A DNA stretch of 64,000 nucleotides from Syncephalis fuscata S228. Lineage: Eukaryota; Fungi; Zoopagomycota. The notes below the pieces were generated by a model that was given only the letters and a program-made list of their open reading frames with translations, was not told where the DNA came from and did no database searches. A program made the position numbers and the translations under genes. Location of the stretch: NCBI GenBank assembly GCA_025786725.1, contig JAHLTZ010000008.1:744001-808000 (forward strand). The letters are read 5' to 3'. This document shows, piece by piece, positions 28,404 to 41,000 of the stretch (within the stretch, counting starts at the first letter, position 1; every line of letters starts with the position of its first letter).

Positions 28404-31400
28404 GATGTTTGTCGCTCACTTATTAATCTTTTTTTCTCTTTCTCTTGTTTCTTCTATTGCTACACAGCGGGGTCAGAAAAGCGGGGAAAGAACAAGTCGG
28501 ATTGAACTGAGCCGGTAAATAAGCGGGCGATCAATAACACCAGAAATACGCAATTCAAGCCACAGTCGTACACAATAGGAAGCTGACGTCTAGCGCCGAA
28601 CCGGTACTGTTCTTAGCAAAGATTGATATCACGTGCCAAACCAGCTGTATTACGCTGGAACGTAATTGTCTATAGGAATAAAAAGCAGTGCTGCTGTATA
28701 GTGAAGGATAATATTAAACGCCTAATCAAATGTTATACCAAAAATTTAGTATCTATAGACTGTTTATTCAAGCGGACAAGAACGAGGTTGAAATATCAAA
28801 ATCAAAAGTCGTTACTCGATAGGCAAGGCGTAATAATGCTCAACCAGTTTTGGTACCAAAATAAATGTCAGCTGAATTGACCAGCATGCCGACTTTGGTT
28901 TATTGTATCACCATCACGTCCACCACAGACCATGAACGAAGAAATAAACCATCAAAAAGTACTTACCCGTGCGTATCCAAAAGAATATAGTCGGATATTA
29001 TATAGCTATTGTTGCTATTTAAGTAGCGGCTACGTAAAATGAGAACTACAATCTAACGCTTGATTGAGAGCACAGTATTGAGTCGTTATATAGTGTGAGA
29101 GGAGAGTAAACGGGAATAAACGAAAAATAATAGCGTTAAGGCGTGTAACGGTTAGGTTAGGTTCAATAAAAGGCGCCGAGAAAATGAAGTAAGAAGCAGG
29201 CCAAGGAGCGCAACGTTAAGCTTTGGCCGTAAATATCTGAAAAAAAGTTAGTAGGATGATGGAGACGGAATAATACTGGTGTAACAAATATCTTGAAACG
29301 ACGGCAAGTTTCGTGTAGGATATTTGTTTGGAGAATTAGGAAAATAGAAACGAGAAAGATAGAAAGAGTGGGAAATAGAGCGATAGATAGAAGGAGAGGA
29401 AGAAAAGAATACGCAGTATATCAACGTATAGTTGGACAAATAGTGCCAATGCTATTGGTGCCGATAATAATAGCAGTACTAATCGTAATGGTAATAAAAA
29501 TGGAATGATTGGCGATGGCAAAAGAAAACATCCGAATGCAAGACGGCGTCCGCGTGTCTATTTTAACCATGTTCTCGTCCTAAACAACTACAAAATGCCG
29601 CATTGTTCATTCATTGGACCCATTAGGGTAACGAGCTGATACTGATTACGAGGATGGTCGGCGATGGCAGCAATAACAGAAATGGAAATGCATGAGCAGC
29701 AGCAGCATTTGTAGGCCATTTACTATTCAGCTGCACACAGCAGTGTAATGCATGTGCCGTCCATTCGTTGGTCTATTGCTTCTGACATCTTTGATTTCGT
29801 CGTTTGATTTGTACGCAAAAGGCGGAGGCACTAACGTGTGCCAATACGCGTTTCGTATGCATGCGGGCCAGTTTTGCTGAAAAAAATTCCTAGCATGTGC
29901 CCCTTGTGGCCTTGGGTGCGACTGTTTTCCCTCTTCACTTGCTTGCTTGCTACTACTCACTTGCTAGTGTTTTACTGCTTTAGCCGCTAAATGATAATAA
30001 AATGACATGATAGGCCTAAAGGGTCGAGTTAAAAGCTTAGTTGGGACCGCTGAGTGTTTATTTGACGATTTCAGTGAAGTATACACGTGCACATTGCTTT
30101 CATGCAACCAAAAAAACGATGTCTTGCGCGATTGGTAAATTTTATTAGACACGCTTCACGGACGTGCGTGGTTGGTCTTACTCACCCGTGTTTACAGACC
30201 AACGACGTCATTGTCGTAACGGTGCATGAGCGTGCGCAGACAAATAGAAAATACTGGGTCTCAAAAAGCAGTATTTCATGACTACTTTGATCTTAGCAGA
30301 AGGCCTTGTTCGTAAGTTTTTCATTTAATAGTACATTAACCATAAACGACTTTTTACAGAAAATATTTATATTATAGATAATGCTTATTTGTCCACAAGG
30401 GGCTCGTATACAATACATCGATTCTAATCGCGATAACATCGCTTAAAGCATTGTTTAGCAAGTGGTGTACTACCGATAAAGCAATAACAAACTCTTCTGA
30501 GGTTGCACGGTTATACAGTAACCCGTAATGGCAAAAACAGACGCTATAAATTTATGTTAGTACTATTAATCTGCTTTAAAACTGTTGCTATCCTTTTTTC
30601 AATTTTTCATATTGATTAAACCTTTTGTTTTTGTATCGTATTTAAAACACTCTTGCTTGATGTTACACCAGTTGTACCAGTATTTAACTTATGGTCTAAT
30701 AGAAATCACAATGTAATAAATACAATAACACATGGTTACTGTATTTTATTTCATATTAATAATTACATGGGGCACAATGAGTGAAAGAAAAGATTTAAAA
30801 TGTAAGTTTACAATTACATCTTTAGTATAACTGGTCAAATAAAACGAAAAACATATGCTGAGTGCGCAACATCTACGTAAATTAAACGTTATTCAATAGT
30901 TATAGCACAATATAATGATAAACTAATAATAATAAACTGCTTATTGTAAAGCTATGCCATGCTAATAAAGCAGCCACTAATAAAGCTATTGCTATAGTAG
31001 ATATGGTTGTTTTTCACGCCTATTCTAGCCATTACTACGAAACTATTTTATTTTAGGTTTCCAACTTCAAGATGAAAACAAAAAATCTATAACTCAATAA
31101 TAAAACGTCCATCGGTTTTTAACACTGAGAAGTGTCGTTTGTTGAAGCATCACTATGTCAACTCCGTTTGAATTAGTTGAAGTTGAGCCAGTCTGTACTA
31201 TTTTCAATATTCGATATTAGAGTTAATAGATGTTAAATAGCATTTTCATGTTACTTACAATAAAATATAATAAACAGATAAATGTTAATCCATATTATTG
31301 TTGCAGTAAAGTATTCAAAGCATTATAATTTGATATTTAATGTCATTTACTATCCATCATCATGTTCAATAGATTGGATGTTATTAAATAGCCACTTTAA

Positions 31401-31677
31401 CCACAAATCATACTAAATGGCTAACAAATTTAATTAAATTGTATAATAATGTTAAATGATACACTATTTTATACAATAATGCAGTTTATTTAATTCAATT
31501 AGCAAGTACTAAATTAAAAGTTAAAAACGAAATGCTACATAGCATGTATATATTAGTGCAACAACACTAGCACAATCAAATAAAACAATTGACTAAATAA
31601 TTGCTAATATCATTACTAAAATAGCTAATGTGGTTGTAATTGTAGTAAATGTAGCTCATTGTAATATGTTAATATTT

Positions 31678-31890
31678 AGTCAATTTTTCTACACATGACG
31701 AACAATAACAATCAACCTCAAATGTTCCAAAGAAATCAAACAGTATGTTACATTATTTATTTAAATTAATTTATTAATAATATTTTAATAGAAAGTAATA
31801 TAATTATGTTGTGCATAACAATGGCATGACTTCAATTGAAATAAAACTTTGCTTTGGGGACTCAAAATAGGCGGCGCAAAGTAAAATTCA
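31678..31890 (+). mobile_element. Fanzor-like relic, 3' end plus tail only (copy C)
   Basis: Aligns to 25146-25340: aatatttagtcaatttttctacacatgacgaacaataacaatcaacctcaaatgttcc ... gtaatataattatgttgtgcataacaatggcatgact ... ctttggggactcaa ... gcaaagtaaaattca. Confidence 0.7.
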
Positions 31891-31971
31891 TTCACTATCA
31901 TTATGATGATGGTTAAAAATAATAAACTTGTTTGTCGCCTATTTCAATAACTAACCATAGTATTAGCCACC

Positions 31972-33962
31972 ATGACCACTACAAAGCCTATTGAACGACA
32001 GAATAAGCTGCTTTTTATACTGATTGACGGCGTCGGCGACGTGTCGGTCTCTTCTTTGGCGGGAAAAACACCTTTGCAAGCGGCACATTTACCTCACTTG
32101 GACCGAATTGCGCGTATGTACAACTATTTATAAAGCATAAGTAACATAATTATGAACACGTAATATCGTTGCTAGTTAAAGGTGTCAACGGCTTGCTTGA
32201 TCCAGTAGAGCCAGGACTGGCGTGCGGATCGGATACAGCTCATCTATCTTTGTTCGGCTACAATCCAAGGCAGTAAGTTTTATGTTAATAATACCGTTTA
32301 TTTATAAATATTAAAAATCCTACTAATATATATTGGATATTGGTAGATATTACCGCGGACGAGGAGCATTTGAATCGATGGGTGCTGGTCTTTCAATGAT
32401 ACCAGGCGATATTGCTTTCAAGGTTAGTAGACCAACTTTTATATTGGTTTTGTGTAGCGTCGATTCATACTAGGATTAGTCGAATTTTGCTACTCTAGAC
32501 CGTGCATCCGGCATTGTTCTAAAACGTAGAGCGGATCGTAATTTTGAAGGCCTTGGACCACAATTATGTGCCGATTTAAACGGTCTGTAAGTACTTTGAC
32601 TAGACGATAAACAATCATTACTATTATCATTGTTATACTAAATGTATCATTTAATAGCAAACTACCATCATTTCCTAACCATAGTGTTGCTGTTAAATAT
32701 GCAACGGAACATAGGTAAGTGAATTTATTACTTATTGACCTATTACAAATCTAAGTGTTTTATCAATTAGATGTGGCGTTCGTGTTAGAGGTCCAGGTCT
32801 AACCGATATGATTACAGGTACAGATCCATTAAAAGACAAGTCAGTTACTTTAAATAATAATATAATAATACTAATTAATTTAATAGTCTTCCACTTGTCA
32901 AGTGTACACCGACTGATGGTAGTGAAGAGGCCGAACTAACAAGCAAAGTAGGCTAATTATAGCTGATAATGTAGTTTATATTAATAATATAGCAATGGGT
33001 GGCTGTTTAGCTTGTCAATGAGCTTTCCGACTGTATTTATAACATACTTGTCAATCATCCAATTAATGAGCAACGTGTAAAAGCGGGCAAATCTTTGACC
33101 AATTGCGTTTTACTACGTGGATGTGGGTCTCGTATCAAGGTAATAGTTGATATGTTATAGAATTAATACTGAATAATGATATATAGATGCCTACAGTAGA
33201 AGAAATACATGGGTTAAAATCATTTATGGTTGCGCCAACATGTATTATCGCCGGTTTAGGAGAAACCATTGGTATGGGTAAGTAAAGTATTGTGTTGCAA
33301 GTAACCACATTATAAACAATTGTATAGATATTTGTGTGGTTCCGGGTGCTACTGGCGATTACTTTACCAATATTCTGGCTAAAGGAGAGGCGGTCACTGA
33401 TAAATTATTGCATAGTGGTAAATTATTAGTAAATGGTGATGGTAATTGTAATTAATTGTGAATATTAGAATCGCCGTATAATTTTGCCTTTTTACACATT
33501 AAAGCAGTTGATGATGCGGGACATGATAAAAATATTGAATACAAAGCAAGTAAATTGTAATGAATTTTAAATTGTATCATCTAATATTTTACAGATCCGA
33601 TTCTTACAAGAAATTGATCAAATGATCGGTAAAGTTGTGGAGAAACTAGAGGATTATACAAAAGCATCGAGTGAACATAAGGTAGATATTGGCTTGTTTG
33701 CTTATTGGTCTAGCTATTTATTTAATATTTAATTGAATAGGTTACGCTCTGTGTGACGGGTGATCATTCAACGCCCGTGCTCTATGGCGATCATAGTTGT
33801 GAACCCGTTCCATTTACTGCATTACGCGTCGATCAGATGCCATTACCGCCAGACAATGTCGCAACATTCGATGAAATGGCTGCAGCCCACGGTGGGCTGG
33901 GTCGTTTTAGTGGACAAGATGTCATGTCGTTACTGAAAACGCTCATGACCATGTCAAATTAG
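31972..33962 (+). CDS. Cofactor-independent phosphoglycerate mutase, ApgM (archaeal-type) family
   Basis: About 12 exons. [105 protein letters not shown]. Confidence 0.92.
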
Positions 33963-33982
33963 TATTATTGATAGTAGCGTAG

Positions 33983-34957
33983 CTATAGCTTTTTTGTTGG
34001 TTGAAATAATGCAAGGAAGTCATCTTCAGAATAAACCTGGCCAAAATGTTGTGCTGTGGTATTGCGCATATCAATATAAGCATCAAGATTTGTCACACCT
34101 AGTGTAAATAGAAAATATGATAGTTAATTGGCACGTAGATTGATTATAATTAGTTAAACACTTACGTTCAGAATATTCATTACTGATCAGTGGTGGATAA
34201 TCGGGCGGTGGAGCTAGCCATGCTTTTGTTACTTTATCAATCTACAACAGCTTGTCATCAATTTGGTCTTCAGTCGCATTAAAATTCACCAATTACCATG
34301 TGAGATCGATCAGATGAAAAGTGCTTAACATAATCAACTGCAGGCACAACTCGGAACTGCCTTTTTATTTGTTGTTAGTGAGTTCATGAGTTGTAAATAA
34401 TAAAATTAATCCTTACCGCTGATAAATATTTAATAATTGCATGTTTGGTTTGAACGCCGCATCAACATACTTATGAAATAAGCAAGGAAAAGGCAGTAGT
34501 GCATCGAAATCGTAAACTATACAGCTAGTTTGATAGCATTTTAGTTGATATACAAATCTATTATTATTATTATTAATCCATTTACCTGCTTGCTGTCTGG
34601 TTAATCAATATAACATGATAGTCCTAGATATTAAATTATTAAATATCAATATACTTTAACCGTATCAGTTTTCGTAGCAATCATCATTACCCATATCACA
34701 AGTGTACTATCATCTCTAGAAGCCGACTGGGCCCATAGCGGCACCTACAACGCAAGAAAATAAGTATGGGACGGAATTTACAGCTATTGCAAGTCATACA
34801 AGCACTAAGCACTTACCGCGCGACGCTCATTAGAAATAAAAACAACTAGCGCATTGCTGGTCGGGTCAACAGCAAGTAATTGCTTTGATAAAAGATAAAT
34901 ATTTTCTTCGCAGTATTGCTTTGTATATTGAGTTTCACTTCGAGTCAATATTGTCAT
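33983..34957 (-). CDS. NTAQ1: Protein N-terminal glutamine amidohydrolase
   Basis: Multi-exon, absent from the ORF track. YTKQYCEENIYLL, VVFISNE, VPLWAQ, VIW|DYHVIL (WDYHV signature), YDFDALLPFPC, FRVVPAVDYVKHFSSDRSHM, WLAPPPDYPP, NLDAYIDM. Confidence 0.92.
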
Positions 34958-35460
34958 TGTAATGTGTTGTGTGTTAATGATTGTGAGAAGAAAAGGATAT
35001 TTTATTTAGTCAATGAGATTGATAATTACGTGCTATGTTGTTAATAAAGTCAGCGTGATCATTGATGTGTTTAATAACGGTCGTGCTGATATGTGATTTT
35101 CAACCTATGCTCATTTTAATGATGTACACGACATTGTTTTTATGGTTTTGCACACTGAAATGATATATTCTATTATTCAGTTATGCATAACGTATACGTA
35201 TTTAAATAAACTGTACATGGAAAGTATCAGAAATGCGAGTGATGCCATCATCGGCGCACTGTTTACTATCAATTTGATACTGTTCGTATTGTATTATCGG
35301 CCGATTATAGCGATTTAATCAAATTTAGCCAATATTTTATTTCAAACTATAATTTAATGGCTATATTAGATACAATTGACCATGCAGCGATTAAACTTTC
35401 TACACTTATACAGATGATCAGGAAAACTACACTGATTATTAAATATACAAATGTCTTGGT

Positions 35461-35900
35461 TGCATTTTACTTTGCTCCTACATCTGTCCCCAAAGCACAA
35501 TTCGTTTCGATCAGAGTCATGCCGTTATTATGCACAACATAGTTATATTACTTCCTATTAAAATACTGTTAATAAACTGATTTAAATGAAGAATGTAACA
35601 TACTATTTGATTTCATTGAAACATTTAAGGCCGATTATTATTGCTGTTGGCTATGTGTAGAAAGATTGATCGAATATTAATAGAAGCCATATGATTGCAA
35701 TTTCATGTCATTCCGCATTTGTTGTTGTTACATTTATGTACAGTGTGGATTATTGCATCTGAATGGTCTATTCTATTTGCTATTCTTCTATTATTACATT
35801 TTGGATATCTTTGTGCTGTAAAATCAAGATTGCTATAATTAGTATAAAAAGTAGTTTATTAAACAGCCACTTTTCCTATAACCAATCTGACTAAATAAAA
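35461..35900 (-). mobile_element. Fanzor/TnpB-like relic with downstream tail (copy B)
   Basis: Reverse complement aligns along 24927-25340. Reads ..IHTVHKCNNNKCGMT*NCNHMASINIRSIFLHIANSNNNRP*. Tail ends gctttggggacagatgtaggagcaaagtaaaatgca. Confidence 0.75.
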
Positions 35901-36491
35901 AAGTCAAATTACAATAGCCCCAGTGCCTTAAAAAGAAGTAAATTTGTTTTGATATTAATACAAAACGGGCTACGAACTAATCTTCAAAACTATCACGGTT
36001 ACACATATAGATTTAGTTGTCAATTGAAGCAAATAGAATATTCTAATGGTGCGTTATTCTACTATTTTAGTTGAGCTATCATGCTGTGTTGTATTTAGCA
36101 GCAATATAAAATTGAAAATAATAATACCAGAATTCACACATGCTATTTAGATTTCCATAGAAGGACATAGTTAACGACGATATATATTCAAAATAGGTAA
36201 TAGTCATGCTTTAGGCCATACTATTTTAGTCGAATAATCATGTCACATTACAATCAGTAGTCATTGAGGTATAAAAATAAACAAACTTGATGTTTCAAGT
36301 GTGCTATTTTGTATTCTACACTAATGAGCTTGACACATAATTTTGTATCAATGCCTGTTGAGTTCCAATCGGCTTGTGCCTAAATGATTATAAATTCTAC
36401 AATAGTTAGTGTTTTTCTTCAAATTAGCATACAACTTAGCGTTTCAAATTTTACTTAGAAAAAATATATAGACAAAAATTCTGTTTTCAGT

Positions 36492-37777
36492 ATGGTTAAA
36501 ATTGGTATTTTTGCTATTGCTGCTGCTTTTACAGCCATAATACTATCTAGCATACCAGCAAGTAGTTTCATGAACGAAGAATCTAATGGTAAATCACATA
36601 TTATAACCATCATTAATATTAACACATATGCATTACTAATAGATGAAATTCTATCTAATGGAGCTGGTAAAGTATATTTGGATGATCCAAAAAATCGAGA
36701 AAAGCTTGGATTGCCGGTGGATAGGCCAGTCAAATGGAGTTATGCAACTTCTGAAAAAAGCATTGGTTATACACAATGGAATAACAAAAATGCCTTTGTT
36801 AAATGCGTAGAAAGTAGTAATGACGCCATAGAAGAAACTAAAGCTTTTGAGGTAATGATTTTACTGGAGCAGAAATACCATTGACTTACATGATAGTTAG
36901 ATATTGATTAGACTCATAAATCATCCAAAATACAACATACCAGGAAAACACAATATTATGCATCCATTAAAACGATTTAATGTTCCGCATCCTAATTTCC
37001 CCAAAGAAACAAAAGATAACTGCTTTATCTACACGCGTGCTCCTGGTGCAACATTAAAAGAATTCATCATTGATAAAACCTGGCAACAGAAAGCTCAGTA
37101 TCTACCTCAAATATTTTATCAAGTAACGCAAGGTGAGTATTTTATATTCGAGCGATAAATCATTAATTGCTATAATTGAATATAGGCATGCTGTATTTAC
37201 GTCGAGTTGGTATTATACACTATGATATAGATCATGAAAGTAAGTTGCATAGTAATTACAAACAGCATGCTAATTAGTTAATGTAGATGTCATGGTGCAT
37301 GTTAATACTAAAAACAATATGGTTCAGGCAACCATTATTGATTACGACTGTGTAAGTTTTATCTATGGCAGCATCCAAAAAACTTTAGAATTGGCACCAT
37401 ATACAAACCTTGATATGATAAATGGACATGACCAAAAACGGTATTGCAACATCGGCAATTCACTATTTAGTACAACAATTCATTTTGCAATTACCGAGGC
37501 AGTGATTATTGATGAATTCGATGACATAGTTCAAGGGTCATTTGAAATGATAAGCGGCATTTTTGATGCAACAGCAAAAGGTTTATCGGTTTCACCTGAT
37601 AAGCGTTATGGAGTCGTATATGATAGAAAACCTCAATATCCTAGTAAAATGGATGAACCATATGCAAAAGTATTATATCCTCTTGTTAAAGCCATGAAAA
37701 AACTATATGATAGTAGCTATGGCTGTGCAATACCAAATGATGTTTTGGCTTTATTAGGATTTGCTAACATGAAATAA
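36492..37777 (+). CDS. Secreted protein kinase-like protein (copy 1)
   Basis: Signal peptide MVKIGIFAIAAAFTAIILSSIPASS. Introns 36589-36642, 36852-36900, 37133-37185, 37240-37286. AFVKC (beta3 Lys), EETKAFE (alphaC Glu), IFYQVTQGMLYLRRVGIIHYDIDHENVMV (HxD..N), ATIIDYD (DFG equivalent). Confidence 0.85.
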
Positions 37778-38095
37778 ATTGCTTATTGAGCCTGGAATTT
37801 AATTGAATGCATTATGTGTATTTAAACTAACGTTGTTTACATTAAGTATGTATTTAATTTATTTTTCATTTGTACTGAAAATGTAGTTGTAAGCTAAATA
37901 GCCATGACGTTATTATGTACAATTGAAATATTAATATAATAAAATTCAAAGATAAATATGTCATTTATCCATATAGTTGCCGTAATTCACGCATATTTGT
38001 TGTAACAATCTTCTGTGCTTGTTCCTCTATAAACCATTACGCAATTATTATGATGTCCAGACGGAAATGTTACATAAATTGACACATTACAAGAT

Positions 38096-41000
38096 CTATA
38101 ACGCTGATTTATGAGCAAGTGCTAGTAAATTCTCAAATTCTCCCGATCGTTCGCATAAATAACGGAAAAGACTATCCGACTTTTTGATGAGTGCCGATGG
38201 CGTATCAAATTCAATAAGCCGTCCGGAATCTAGATTGTATTAATGTTAGAATTAATGTGTTAGCAATCAATATATTTTACAAACCTAGAACCAGAATACG
38301 ATCATAATCAATGACTGTACGCAAACGATGTGCAATACAAATAATAGTCGAGTGTTCAAATTCTTTGCGAATAGTTTGTTGCACAAGAAGATCGGTATCG
38401 AAATCAATACTGGCCGTAGCCTCATCCATAATAATAATCTAAAAATAATGATCAATATTGTTATTAAAAGCAAACAAAATATCAATCAGTCTACCTTGCT
38501 ATTGCGAAGTAAAGCACGAGCTAATGCTAGTAGTTGGCGCTGCCCTTGGCTTAGATTATCACCATTTTCAGTAACTGGAGCATCTAAATGGCCTAGATTG
38601 ATGGGTCGTGTTGCTTCATCGTTTCTGCTGACTAGGTGACAGCGTCGAAGTGCATTCCAAATAATATGATCATCGTGTTGTGAGAATGGATCGAGATTAG
38701 TACGAATTGTACCGCTAAATAGTACCATATCTTGAGGAATAATAGTCAGTCTTGAGCGTAAATCATGTAGTCCAATTTGACTAATATCAATATTATCAAT
38801 AATAATCTTGCCCGCCATAGGTTCGACAAATCTAAAAAGTGCTGCTGAAAGAGTTGATTTACCCGCACCTATAACTAATATTAATATAATTTATTATATT
38901 TTTATTGGCATAGCCAGCTTACCAGTTCGACCTACAACGCCAACTCGTTCACCGGGATAAATGTTAAATGTAACATCTCGAATAACCGGACTTAAATGTA
39001 AAGCATAACGAACAAACAAATGTTCCACGGACAGATTGCCATGCATTGGCCACTACAGAATTGTTAGGCAAAATTTGCTAATAAATATTTTGTAAATAAT
39101 TTACCTCATCGGGTGGCCTATAACTTTCAATAATTTCCGGTAATTCTTGTTCTACCTGAGAGTACTCAATAACACGTTCAACGGCGTTCATAGTGATCTC
39201 GATTTTACTATAGTTTTGCACGGCATACTGAAATAAAACTTAGTTACTAGTCATGAGATTGCTATATCTGCTTACACTGGCACTCTCTGAGAACATTAGA
39301 GCATAAGTCAGAATAAAACCAGCCGTGCTTGCATCGATGCTGTTATGATAAATTATGATAAATACGCCAACAAGCAATACTACAAACGCTGCAATCCATC
39401 CAATAAGATTAAGCATCCATTGAGTAGACATTGTAAGTAAATAAACTGGGCGATTCATAGTATCAATACACTCGGATATTTGTGACATGAACCATTGTTG
39501 TGTGCCAAAAGCTCGAATCGTAACCACGCCTCTAATAATAATAATGTTATTATTATTATTATTATTACAAATTATTAATACATTTATTTAGTATTCTGTA
39601 GAGTAATAAAGCATACCTTAATGTCTCGGTTATTTTTGAAAGAAATGGAGATCGAGAAACCGATTCAATACGCTTAATACTACGAGATGCTTTTAAATAG
39701 TATTGAGTGGCTAATACATAAATTATACCTAAATAATTATATTGTCATATTAATATGGTGACCTATCTACATTACCACTGTTACTAATAATAACTCACCA
39801 ATAGAGATGCTAATAGGTATAAAATGTGGCAGTACTACAGCTATAATTGCTAATTGAAATATAATATTACCAACAGCTGAAATAAGAAAGAATAAATGGG
39901 TTGGTAAATCTTGGTCAATCGCATTGATGTCACTACTAAATCGATTAATAATACGGCCCACTGGTGTTGTGTCAAAGAATCTAATGGTGGCACGTGTAAT
40001 GCTATTCACTAGATTACCATGTAAACTGTGACTTGCTTTAAGAGCTGCAAAATATGTAAAGAAATGTGGCAGTCCAATAAAAGCAAGTGTTATAAGTGTT
40101 AATGCAAAATAAATTACAAAATGCCAACGACGATTCTGAGCTGTCGTCTGCTCTCTTTCGTCCATATACTAAGCCAGTAGCTTTGTAAAGCAAATGTTAA
40201 TTCATAAAACATATAGATGGAAAATATTGCCGTCCATAGAAGGTAGCCGCCACTTGCATTAAAGTAGGCACGGTAGATTTTAAATGGCACGCTACCTTCG
40301 GCGTATACTTCATCATCGATAAGTCTTCCACCAATAGGCTGGTTATTATATACATTCGTACTGGTAGTATTAGTAGCGGCAGTAATAATCGGACCATTAT
40401 CGTGCTGGTAATCAACCAGTAAATGTGTTGTATTATCTAGATTAGTCGATAAATTCGTTGGTGTACTAATAGTGGTGGTGGCAGTAGTGGGAATAGCCGC
40501 AGTAGACATAGTAGTAGGCGTGGTAACAGTAGGTCGTTGACGTACCGAATTTACAAAAGATGAAGTACGTCCCACAGGTACTGATGCATCATCGTAAAGT
40601 AGCAGTGCCTTTACCAAAACTTCTGAAGCTTGTCCTTGTGACACAATGCATCCATCCTGCATTAGAATGGCTAGAGCTGCGTTATGCATACCCATGTCAA
40701 CATGGTGTGTAACGAGAATACAAGTACGATCACGCATAAGTGGTCCCAGTATGCACTTGTCCATAATATGTTTAGCAGTAGGCATATCAACGGCCGAGAA
40801 GCAATCGTCCATAATAATATGATTTGCTCGACTGTAGACAGCACGGGCAATGGCAATACGTTGACGTAAACCGTTTGACAATGTCACGCCTATTTCGCCA
40901 ATTTGTGTAGCATCGCCCATATCAAGATTTTCAAAATCCTTTTCAAGGGCACAAGCATTGCTTACTTGAAGATAGCGCTGTGCATCATACGATTGACCAA

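Noticed and set aside
29150-29165. gttaggttaggtt as an interstitial telomere
   Set aside because: Only about two units of a 5-mer; chance level.
28623-30281. Short ORFs upstream of the second methyltransferase
   Set aside because: No recognisable motifs or consistent splice pattern; treated as regulatory/intergenic.
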